Notes under the pieces: generated by a model
Told to the model about the DNA's origin: nothing
Seen by the model: the letters and a program-made list of their open reading frames with translations, nothing else
Database searches by the model: none
Translations under genes and position numbers: made by a program
Assembly: GCA_021162125.1 (NCBI GenBank)
Contig: JAGGZG010000239.1
Span: 1 to 35,804 of the forward strand
Source: Anaerolineae bacterium
GTDB lineage: Bacteria; Chloroflexota; Anaerolineae; JACIWR01
Reading direction: 5' to 3'
Length of the DNA stretch: 35,804 bases
Shown: positions 17,863 to 25,078 of the stretch, one piece after another
Position numbering within the stretch: position 1 is the stretch's first letter
Layout: each line of letters opens with the position of its first letter

Positions 17863-17909
17863 AATTAGTTAAATCAACTAATTATATAACGCAATAGCCA
17901 GATTGTCAA
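17863..17909 (-). promoter_or_regulatory. Consensus promoter TTGACA-17-TATAAT overlapped by the palindrome AATTAGTT-N5-AACTAATT (probable MarR operator)
   Basis: -35 at 17909-17904, -10 at 17886-17881; perfect 8-bp inverted repeat at 17863-17883 covers the predicted start site. Confidence 0.8.
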
Positions 17910-17931
17910 ATTCAGTGAGAGCGCGGAGCAG

Positions 17932-17960
17932 TTGACTCCTCGTTGATAGCGTGGTAGAAT
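17932..17960 (+). promoter_or_regulatory. Promoter TTGACT-17-TAGAAT for the EamA gene (probably leaderless)
   Basis: TG-extended -10 ends 6 nt before ATG 17967; no RBS present. Confidence 0.7.
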
Positions 17961-17966
17961 CGAGCC

Positions 17967-18839
17967 ATGTTTCGTTTCACTCAACGGTCTTCCACTCTGG
18001 CCGCTGACCTGGCTCTGGTGGTAGTAGCTTTCATCTGGGGCACGACCTTTGTCCTGGTCAAGGGTGCTTTGCAGGAGATAGGTCCCTTCGCTTTCCTGGC
18101 TGCTCGTTTTTGGATAGCGTTCCTGGTCTTGGGTCTCCCGCTCCTCAGTCGTTTGTGGCGTGGCGAGCGGTCCCTGTGGCGGAACGGCGGGCTGCTAGGG
18201 GTGGTCCTTTTCGCTGCCTATGCCCTTCAAACCGCTGGCTTGCGCACCACCAGCGCCTCTAAGGCGGCTTTCATCACTGGGCTCTCGGTTGTCCTCGTGC
18301 CTTTGTTGGCGGCGCTGTGGCTCCGTCAATTGCCTCGGCCCGTCGCCTGGCTCTCGGCTCTGCTGGCCACGGTGGGTCTGGCCCTGCTTTCGATGCCCCT
18401 TGGTCAGTCCCTGGTGGTGGGGGACGGCCTGGTGTTGGGCTGCGCTCTGATGTTCGCTATCCACATCCTGCTGGTGGGCCGCTACGCTTCCCGCTATGAT
18501 CCGCTGGCTTTGAGCGCAGTGCAGATGGGAGTGGTAGCGCTGCTCAGTGGCTTGGTGGCCCCCTGGGCGGAGCCTTGGCCCGCGCGCCTCAGTCCGGTCG
18601 TGTGGGGGGCTGTGCTGTTCACGGCTTTGCTGGCCACAGTTTTAGCTTTGGTGTTGCAGGTTTCCGCCCAGCGCCGAACACCTCCCCATCGGGCGGCGTT
18701 GCTGCTTACCCTGGAGCCGGTTTTCGCCGCCCTGGCGGCTTACTTTTTGGGTGAAAGACTCACTCCGCAGGGGTGGATGGGATGCGCGCTGATTCTGATC
18801 GCGATGGTCATGGCCGAGGTGGCCGAGCGGAACAACTGA
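17967..18839 (+). CDS. DMT/EamA-family transporter
   Basis: IWGTTF, RF, KAAFITGL, GDGL and LEPVFA; about ten TM segments. Confidence 0.92.
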   Translation: MFRFTQRSSTLAADLALVVVAFIWGTTFVLVKGALQEIGPFAFLAARFWIAFLVLGLPLLSRLWRGERSLWRNGGLLGVVLFAAYALQTAGLRTTSASKAAFITGLSVVLVPLLAALWLRQLPRPVAWLSALLATVGLALLSMPLGQSLVVGDGLVLGCALMFAIHILLVGRYASRYDPLALSAVQMGVVALLSGLVAPWAEPWPARLSPVVWGAVLFTALLATVLALVLQVSAQRRTPPHRAALLLTLEPVFAALAAYFLGERLTPQGWMGCALILIAMVMAEVAERNN

Positions 18840-18853
18840 TGTGCCCTGTTGGC

Positions 18854-18890
18854 ACAAGTGCCACGCACTTCTGAAGTGCGCGGCACTTGT
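18854..18890. repeat. REP-like palindrome, family A, between convergent genes (possible terminator)
   Basis: ACAAGTGCCACGCACTTC-T-GAAGTGCGCGGCACTTGT. Confidence 0.8.
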
Positions 18891-18936
18891 CATGTGACCA
18901 ATCTTTATTTCGACCGCATGGATTAACCGTGCAGTT

Positions 18937-19707
18937 TCACACCGGGCTGGTGGCCCTTTGTTCAATCCACTGGCGAGCGGCCCGCTGTTGGCGACACTCG
19001 GGGCACAGCGCCCACAGGTCTTCGATTTCGGGGAACATCTCCTTGAGGAAAGACATCGGTTCGGGGACGAAAAAGCGGCCGCACTGTGGGCAGGTGTGCA
19101 ACTCCACCGTGGTGTGCCAGGTATGCAGGATGCGCTTGTTGCCCTGGTCCTCCATCTTGATCGCGCCGGTGGGGCAGATTTCGGCGCACGCCCCGCAGCC
19201 GATACAGGCATCGGACTGCACGTCGAAAGGGGTGCCCACTCTGCGCTCCATTCCCCGGCCGATGAAGCTGATGGCCGCTGCGCCTATCGCCTCGCGGCAG
19301 ACGCGCACGCATAATCCACACAACACACACAACTCATCGGCCCGTTCGGGTGGGGGGGCGCCGAAGCGGGAGGTGGTTATTCCCTCTTTGGCAGCCATCT
19401 CCCGTATCACGTCGGATTGTGGGCAGCGGCTCAGGAGGAACTCCAGTGCCAGGTGACGGGCGGTCGCCGCTTCCGGCACATTGGTCTCCACGACCATTCC
19501 CTCTTCCACCGGGTAGGCGCAGGAGGCGACGAGAGCGTGGCGAGGCGCAGTGATGACTACCATGCACAGCCGGCACGCGCCGTAGGGGGCCAGCCCTTCG
19601 TGGTAGCAGAGCGTGGGCAATTCCACTCCGGCAGCGCGCACCGCCTGCAGGACGGTTGTGCCGTCGGGCACGGTCACAGGCTGTCCGTTCACGGTCAGAT
19701 TTATCAT
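18937..19707 (-). CDS. Short NuoG/HydA-N-terminal-like Fe-S subunit (BfuA-like; no H-cluster or Mo domain)
   Basis: 2Fe-2S PTLC...GACRLC...ASC; 2x4Fe-4S CVLCGLCVRVC and CIGCGACAEICP; C-terminal CPQC...CPEC; GAGGTG RBS before ATG 19707. Confidence 0.88.
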   Translation of the reverse strand: MINLTVNGQPVTVPDGTTVLQAVRAAGVELPTLCYHEGLAPYGACRLCMVVITAPRHALVASCAYPVEEGMVVETNVPEAATARHLALEFLLSRCPQSDVIREMAAKEGITTSRFGAPPPERADELCVLCGLCVRVCREAIGAAAISFIGRGMERRVGTPFDVQSDACIGCGACAEICPTGAIKMEDQGNKRILHTWHTTVELHTCPQCGRFFVPEPMSFLKEMFPEIEDLWALCPECRQQRAARQWIEQRATSPV

Positions 19708-19732
19708 TGATTTCACCTCACGATCTCCGCTG

Positions 19733-19765
19733 ATCCTCCCGCAGGTTCCAAACCTGCGGGAGGAT
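19733..19765. repeat. REP-like palindrome, family B (intergenic copy)
   Basis: ATCCTCCCGCAGGTT-CCA-AACCTGCGGGAGGAT; the 29-bp core is identical to 21259-21287. Confidence 0.85.
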
Positions 19766-19766
19766 G

Positions 19767-21650
19767 TCATTTCACGATCTCGATGGCCCCCACGGGGCAG
19801 ACGTCGTAGCACATACGGCAGCGCGTGCACAGCTCGGGATCAATGACGTGCGGCTTTTTCTTCTCCCCACTGATAGCGCCTGCAGGGCACTCGCGCTTGC
19901 AGAGGCCGCAGCCAGTGCATAGATCGGGCTGGATGACGAGCCGGATCAGTGCGCGGCAGACGCCCGCCGGACAGCGTTTCTCCACCACGTGCGCCTCGTA
20001 CTCATCGCGGAAGTAGCGCAACGTGGAGAGCACCGGGTTAGGGGCCGTCTGACCCAACCCGCACAGCGAGGCCGTCTTGACCCACCTGGCTACTTCTTCC
20101 AGCAGATCCAGGTCCTCCGGTGTCCCCTTACCTTCGACAATGCGGGTGAGTATCTCGTGCATATAGCGTGTACCCTCGCGGCAGGGCGTGCACTTGCCGC
20201 ACGATTCGGCCATGGTGAAACCGAGAAAGTAGCGGGCTACGTCCACCATGCAGGTGTCCTCGTCCATGACCACCATGCCGCCGGAGCCCATGATGGAACC
20301 GGCCTGGGTCAGAGTTTCATAACTGATAGGCAGGTCGAACAGGCGGGCCGGAAGACAGCCGCCAGAGGGGCCGCCGGTCTGCACAGCTTTCACCGCCTTG
20401 CCGTTCAACCCGCCGCCACCGATGCCTTCGATCATGTCGCGCAGTGTGAGACCCAGCGGCACCTCCACCAGGCCGGTGTTAGCGACTTTGCCCACCAGGG
20501 AGAAAACGACTGTGCCCGCATTGTTCTCCGTACCGATGGCAGCGTACCAGTCGGCACCCTCGCTTATAATCACGGGCACTGTGGCCAGAGTCTTGACGTT
20601 GTTGATGACAGTGGGCTTACCCCACAACCCGCTGGTTGCCGGGAAAGGCGGCCTGGGTCGGGGCTCGCCCAATCCGCCCTCGATGGAGGAGATGAGCGCT
20701 GTTTCCTCTCCGCAGACGAAAGCGCCCGCCCCACGCACGATGGTAATGCTGAAATCGAAGCCGGAGTCGAAGATGCTGTCCCCCAGCAGCCCCAGTTCCT
20801 CGGCGCGGGCTACGGCCTGGGTGACGCGCTCGACGGCCAGCGGGTACTCGTCGCGCACGTAGATGTATCCCTGGCGTGCGCCGATAGCATATCCCGCGAT
20901 GGTCAAGCCCTCGATGACGCTGTAAGGGTCGCTCTCCAGCACAGTGCGGTCCATGTACGCGCCGGGGTCTCCCTCGTCGCCGTTGCAGATAACGTATTTG
21001 GGTTGTCCAGGAGCATCGTGGCAGATTTGCCATTTGCGCCCGGTGGGGAACCCGGCGCCGCCCCGTCCACGCAACCCGGAGCCAAGCACTTCGTCAATGG
21101 TTTCTTGTGGTGTAAGATCCAACAGGACGTGCGCCAGCGCCTGGTAGCCTCCCCGGGCGACGTATTCCTCGACGCGGGTAGGGTCAATCAGGCCGCAGTT
21201 ACGCAGGATGATCTTGCGCTGGCGAGCATAGAAGGGCAGTTCGTTGAGGAGGGGTAAACCTCCCGCAGGTTCCAAACCTGCGGGAGGTTCCTTTTCTTCC
21301 GGGATTACGGCAAGTGCACCCTCCGCCGGCAGTTCGCCCCTGGCCAGATCTGCGATCAGCTCGCGGGCACGGTCGGCGGTCATGCGGGCATAGAGGACGC
21401 GGTCTCGGCCTGGCATCCGCACGTCCACCAGCGGTTCTTGTTGGCAGTAGCCCAGGCAACCGGTGGCGATGAGCATGAGGTCCAGTCCGCGTGCTGCCGC
21501 CTCATCGCGCAGTGCATCGTACACGGCGGCAGCTCCCGTAGCCAGACCACAGGTGGCCATCCCCACGCTGATCTTCAGCCGGGAGGGATAAAGGGTGGAC
21601 AGACCGTCGGCGCGCAGTGTCTCTAAATCGGAACGGCTGTGTACCTTCAT
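19767..21650 (-). CDS. NuoF/HydB-like FMN/NAD(H) subunit (BfuB-like)
   Basis: N-terminal thioredoxin-like 2Fe-2S domain (TCG...GCLGYC), GLRGRGGAGFPTG, NGDEGDPGAYMD, GAFVCGEETAL, GGPSGG, SCGKCTPCREG, SLCGLG, H-x5-CPAGVC and a C-terminal 2x4Fe-4S domain. Confidence 0.95.
   Translation of the reverse strand: MKVHSRSDLETLRADGLSTLYPSRLKISVGMATCGLATGAAAVYDALRDEAAARGLDLMLIATGCLGYCQQEPLVDVRMPGRDRVLYARMTADRARELIADLARGELPAEGALAVIPEEKEPPAGLEPAGGLPLLNELPFYARQRKIILRNCGLIDPTRVEEYVARGGYQALAHVLLDLTPQETIDEVLGSGLRGRGGAGFPTGRKWQICHDAPGQPKYVICNGDEGDPGAYMDRTVLESDPYSVIEGLTIAGYAIGARQGYIYVRDEYPLAVERVTQAVARAEELGLLGDSIFDSGFDFSITIVRGAGAFVCGEETALISSIEGGLGEPRPRPPFPATSGLWGKPTVINNVKTLATVPVIISEGADWYAAIGTENNAGTVVFSLVGKVANTGLVEVPLGLTLRDMIEGIGGGGLNGKAVKAVQTGGPSGGCLPARLFDLPISYETLTQAGSIMGSGGMVVMDEDTCMVDVARYFLGFTMAESCGKCTPCREGTRYMHEILTRIVEGKGTPEDLDLLEEVARWVKTASLCGLGQTAPNPVLSTLRYFRDEYEAHVVEKRCPAGVCRALIRLVIQPDLCTGCGLCKRECPAGAISGEKKKPHVIDPELCTRCRMCYDVCPVGAIEIVK
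21257..21289. repeat. REP-like palindrome, family B, in-frame inside the NuoF-like CDS
   Basis: 33-bp AACCTCCCGCAGGTT-CCA-AACCTGCGGGAGGTT, translating as EPPAGLEPAGGL. Confidence 0.85.
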
Positions 21651-22096
21651 GTTTCCTGCCCCCGGTACTTCTTCAGGATACGCGGGAGGCGGTCGGCTTT
21701 GAGTCGGCCGTAGGTATCACCGTTCACCCGGATCACCGGCGACATGCTGCATGAGCCGAGGCAGTGCACCGTTTCGAGGGTGAAGGCCCGGTCGTCGGTC
21801 GTCTCGCCCGGCTTTACCCCCAGGGTCGTTTCCAATTTCTCCAGCAGTTTCTCACCACCCCGGATGTAACAGGCTGTGCCCAGGCAGACATGGATGGTGT
21901 GGCGGCCGCGTGGCTTGAAACTGAAGGCGGCGTAAAAAGTGGCGGCACTGTAGAGCTGGCTCAGCGGCACGTTCAGTTCGTCGGCTGCGTGACGCAGTTC
22001 CTCCTCCGGCAGATAGCCGTGCTCGGCGTTGATAGCGTGCAACTTGGCCAACAACGCACCCCCGGCGGGGGGCGGCGGTTGAGCGATGAGTGGCAT
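21647..22096 (-). CDS. NuoE/HydC-like 2Fe-2S subunit (BfuC-like)
   Basis: GYLP, ATFY, VCLGTACYIRG and HCLGSC; AGGAGGT RBS before ATG 22096; ATGA overlap with the NuoF-like gene. Confidence 0.93.
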   Translation of the reverse strand: MPLIAQPPPPAGGALLAKLHAINAEHGYLPEEELRHAADELNVPLSQLYSAATFYAAFSFKPRGRHTIHVCLGTACYIRGGEKLLEKLETTLGVKPGETTDDRAFTLETVHCLGSCSMSPVIRVNGDTYGRLKADRLPRILKKYRGQET

Positions 22097-22105
22097 GGTC
22101 ACCTC

Positions 22106-23986
22106 CTAAATCCCCAACGCCGCTCGCTTCTCTGCGATGTGATCAACCATCAGTTGCGCGGCCTTGAAGGGATCGGGCTCGACAGCGAAGGCAGCACCGA
22201 CGACGTCGTTCGCGCCTTCAGTCAGCAGTTTGGTCACCTCGGGGCCACCCAGCACCGGGGGCACGGTGCCCAGCACGGTGAAGACACCCGATGACACTAC
22301 GTAAGCGCCGATGCTGACAGCTTTCTCGCTCATCCATTCTGGGGCTGCGCCGGCCACCGGCAAATCGCTGATGTCCACCCCCAGGGCGTTGGCGATGGCC
22401 GCGCAAGCGACCAGGATGCGGCTGATGTCCACGCAGGAGCCCATGTGCAGCACCGGCGGGATACCCAGTGCTTTGCATACTCCCTTTAGCCCCTCGCCAG
22501 CCTGCTCAGCCGCCTCCGGCAGCATCAGCCCGGCCTTGGCCGTGGCGATGGCATTGCAACCCGTGGTCACCACCAACACGTCTTGCTTGATCAATTCCTT
22601 GACCAGGTTGACGTGGCCGTAATCGTGTTGGACCTTGGGGTTGTTGCAGCCGACCACGCCAGCGATGCCCTTGATCGCGCCGCTCTTGATGGCCTCCAGC
22701 AGCGGGTCAAGGGTGCCACCCAGCGCGGCCACGATGGCCTCTACGCTGAAGCCAACCATGCACTCCATCTTTTCGTCGGGAATGTGCACCATGTCGGCCC
22801 TGCGGAAACGGTAGTTCTCCACGGCGGTGCGCACGATCTCTTTGGCGATCTCGTAGGCCCGCTCTTCGTGGAACTCGACGTGGGTCGCGCCGGGGAACTT
22901 GGCCTTGGGTGAGGTGGAGATGAACTTGGTGTGGAAGCAGCCGGTCAACGCGCCCAAAGCAGGCATGATGCATTGTACGTCCACGATGATTGCTTCGACT
23001 GCGCCGGTGATGACCGCTAATTCCTGCTGCAAAAAGTTGCCAGCGATGGGGATGCCGTGGCGCATGAGCACCTCGTTGCCGGTGCAGCACATGCCGACCA
23101 CGTTGATGCCTTTGGCCCCGTACTTCTCGGCCAGGGCCAGCAGCTCGGGATCCTGGGAGGCGGCGACGATCATCTCCGAGAGGGTGGGCTCGTGGCCGTG
23201 GGCGACGATGTTTACCTCATCGGCCTTGAGCACGCCCAGGTTGGCCTGTGAGCGGACGGGGGTAGGGGTGCCGAAGAGAACGTCGGAGAGCTCGGTGGCG
23301 ACCATTGAGCCGCCCCAGCCGTCGGCGACGGACGCCTTGAGCCCTTGCAGGATCAGGTTAACGGGGTCGTTGTCCACGCCGATGTGGGTGCGATGCATGA
23401 TCTCCACGATCTCGCGGTCAATGCCGCGCGGATCAATGCCCAGCGATTGCCACAGGGCGACGCGCTTCTCCGGTGCGCGACGGGTGAACTGGATGGGGCC
23501 TTCCTGCTTGCCGAACTCGGCATAGACGGCACGGGCCAGGTCCAGAGCGATTTCCTCTTTGCTGCGTCCCTCGGTCTCGATGCCGTACTCCGCGGCCAGA
23601 GCTTTGAGTTTGGCCTCGTCTTTGATCTCGTAGCCGCCGCCCTTGCCCTCGGCGGTCAGCAACAGGGTGTGGGCGATGTCCCGCCCGTGGTCGGAGTGGG
23701 CGGCTGCGCCACCGGCGATCATGCGGATCAGATTGCGAGCGACGATGATGTCCGCCGTGGCTCCGCAAACGCCCCTCTTGGGTCCTTCTTCCTCAAAGGG
23801 GCTGATGCGGCAAGGTCCCATGTTACAATTGCGGCAGCAGACCCCCAGCTCGCCAAAGCCACACTGGGGCTGCATCGCCTCCAGACGATCCCAGGCCGTT
23901 TCGAGACCCAGCTCCTCGGCCCGGGCCAGCATCTCGTGTACAGCAGGGTCAATGCTCCTGCTCAGAATCTTCTCACTGTACGTCAT
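22106..23986 (-). CDS. cooS: Anaerobic Ni,Fe carbon-monoxide dehydrogenase catalytic subunit
   Basis: D/B clusters QCGFGELGVCCRNCNMGPC...GVCG; AAHSDH; C-cluster ligands HGHEP, GMCCTG, DVQC, GCNN, TGC, GSCVD; catalytic Lys in WMSEKA. Confidence 0.97.
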   Translation of the reverse strand: MTYSEKILSRSIDPAVHEMLARAEELGLETAWDRLEAMQPQCGFGELGVCCRNCNMGPCRISPFEEEGPKRGVCGATADIIVARNLIRMIAGGAAAHSDHGRDIAHTLLLTAEGKGGGYEIKDEAKLKALAAEYGIETEGRSKEEIALDLARAVYAEFGKQEGPIQFTRRAPEKRVALWQSLGIDPRGIDREIVEIMHRTHIGVDNDPVNLILQGLKASVADGWGGSMVATELSDVLFGTPTPVRSQANLGVLKADEVNIVAHGHEPTLSEMIVAASQDPELLALAEKYGAKGINVVGMCCTGNEVLMRHGIPIAGNFLQQELAVITGAVEAIIVDVQCIMPALGALTGCFHTKFISTSPKAKFPGATHVEFHEERAYEIAKEIVRTAVENYRFRRADMVHIPDEKMECMVGFSVEAIVAALGGTLDPLLEAIKSGAIKGIAGVVGCNNPKVQHDYGHVNLVKELIKQDVLVVTTGCNAIATAKAGLMLPEAAEQAGEGLKGVCKALGIPPVLHMGSCVDISRILVACAAIANALGVDISDLPVAGAAPEWMSEKAVSIGAYVVSSGVFTVLGTVPPVLGGPEVTKLLTEGANDVVGAAFAVEPDPFKAAQLMVDHIAEKRAALGI

Positions 23987-24014
23987 GGGAAATCACCTCC
24001 TCATGATTTCGGGC

Positions 24015-24566
24015 TTATTGACTGCTGGCTAACTGTTTCTGGCTTTCCAGCGCGTCCAGGAATTGCCGGGCTGCGGCCTGGGTAGCTTGATGGATGACCT
24101 CGGTGGGATATTTCAGGCTGAGCGCCTTGGTTGGGCAGGCTTCCACGCAGGCCGGGCCACCAGGCCGATCCACGCACAAGTCGCATTTGAAAGCCGCCGC
24201 CTTCTCACGGCCAGCCACCTCGGTGGTGGCCACGTGAATCGCGCCGAAAGGACAGACCATCATGCACAGTCGGCAGGCGATGCACAGCCGCTGATCCACC
24301 GCCGTGTAAGTTTCGGTGCGATAAAGGGCTCCAGTGGGGCAGACCCGCACGCAGGGTGCGTCCTCGCACTGGCGGCACTGGGTAGAGAGCTTCACGCTGT
24401 CCACCTGGACCACGCGGTTGCGGCGGTATAGCTTCTCGCCGGCCAGGACAGCACCGATGATGTTGCCCGCCGTGGTGTGGGCTGCCGCACAGGCCAGCTC
24501 GCAAGTGTGGCAACCCAGGCAGCGTTCCGGGTTGACGAGGATGAATGGGCCTTCGAGTTTGTTCAT
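24015..24566 (-). CDS. cooF: CooF/HydN-like 4x[4Fe-4S] electron-transfer protein
   Basis: CLGCHTCELAC, CRQCEDAPCVRVCP, CIACRLCMMVCP and KCDLC...PACVEACP; directly upstream of cooS; AAGGAGGTG RBS. Confidence 0.88.
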   Translation of the reverse strand: MNKLEGPFILVNPERCLGCHTCELACAAAHTTAGNIIGAVLAGEKLYRRNRVVQVDSVKLSTQCRQCEDAPCVRVCPTGALYRTETYTAVDQRLCIACRLCMMVCPFGAIHVATTEVAGREKAAAFKCDLCVDRPGGPACVEACPTKALSLKYPTEVIHQATQAAARQFLDALESQKQLASSQ

Positions 24567-24594
24567 GCGTTTTCACCTCCTTCGAACTTAATTC

Positions 24595-24629
24595 AAGTGC
24601 CCGGCACTTGCAAAAAGTGCTGGGCACTT
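24595..24629. repeat. REP-like palindrome, family A
   Basis: AAGTGCCCGGCACTT-GCAAA-AAGTGCTGGGCACTT. Confidence 0.8.
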
Positions 24630-24661
24630 CTGAAATGGGGAATGGGCAATTTGTGCTGGTA

Positions 24662-24814
24662 CAGAGTGTTGCATGAGTGGAGTCTCGAACTTGTTCGGGG
24701 TACTCTGGCTAACCGGAGGTTGGTTTGTCCGGGCCGTTCTGCAACAAGTTGCGGACTCCGGCCGGCGACCAGGCACAGGGACAAATCCCTTAAAAGTACT
24801 TATGCAACACACTG
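24662..24814. mobile_element. 153-bp MITE-like element with 17-bp terminal inverted repeats and 6-bp target-site duplication
   Basis: Ends CAGAGTGTTGCATGAGT / ACTTATGCAACACACTG (15/17 complementary); CTGGTA directly flanks both ends (24656-24661, 24815-24820). Confidence 0.75.
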
Positions 24815-24998
24815 CTGGTATGGAAAAACCAAAAACGCATCCACGGCTCGAGGATGCCGGGATGTCATTTACGTTCGAGGAACGTCTGAAGAAACGATAG
24901 GCTTTCATAGCCTCTCAGAGAGCTTCAATCCCTCGGTCAGACTCAGTGGGTTAGGTTAAATGTTAGAGACGTGGGGAAGGAACAAGAAGAACAAGTTC

Positions 24999-25067
24999 AG
25001 TGTAGCATACAAATACCCGTGATGTAATATCCGTTCGCAGGGTATTTGCTTCACCTGAATGGGTGAA
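24999..25067 (-). promoter_or_regulatory. Candidate regulated promoter of the coo operon: extended -10 plus upstream inverted repeats
   Basis: TG-c-TACACT at 25007-24999 with no consensus -35; inverted repeats AAATACCC...GGGTATTT (25011-25047) and TTCACC-N6-GGTGAA (25050-25067). Confidence 0.45.
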
Positions 25068-25078
25068 ATGGAGGAGTG

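Noticed and set aside
18937-22096. Respiratory complex I (nuoEFG) or [FeFe]-hydrogenase
   Set aside because: No other nuo genes are present; the A subunit is only about 256 aa with no H-cluster motifs; the B subunit has HydB-type extra domains.
24656-24673. Sigma-54 promoter-like TGGTAC…TTGC
   Set aside because: GG-to-GC spacing is 11 rather than 10 nt, it faces away from cooF, and it is explained by the MITE junction.
24477-24959. ORFs 24588..24908(-), 24477..24959(+) and 24673..24900(+) upstream of cooF
   Set aside because: They run through the REP and the MITE, have no recognisable motifs and show atypical composition.
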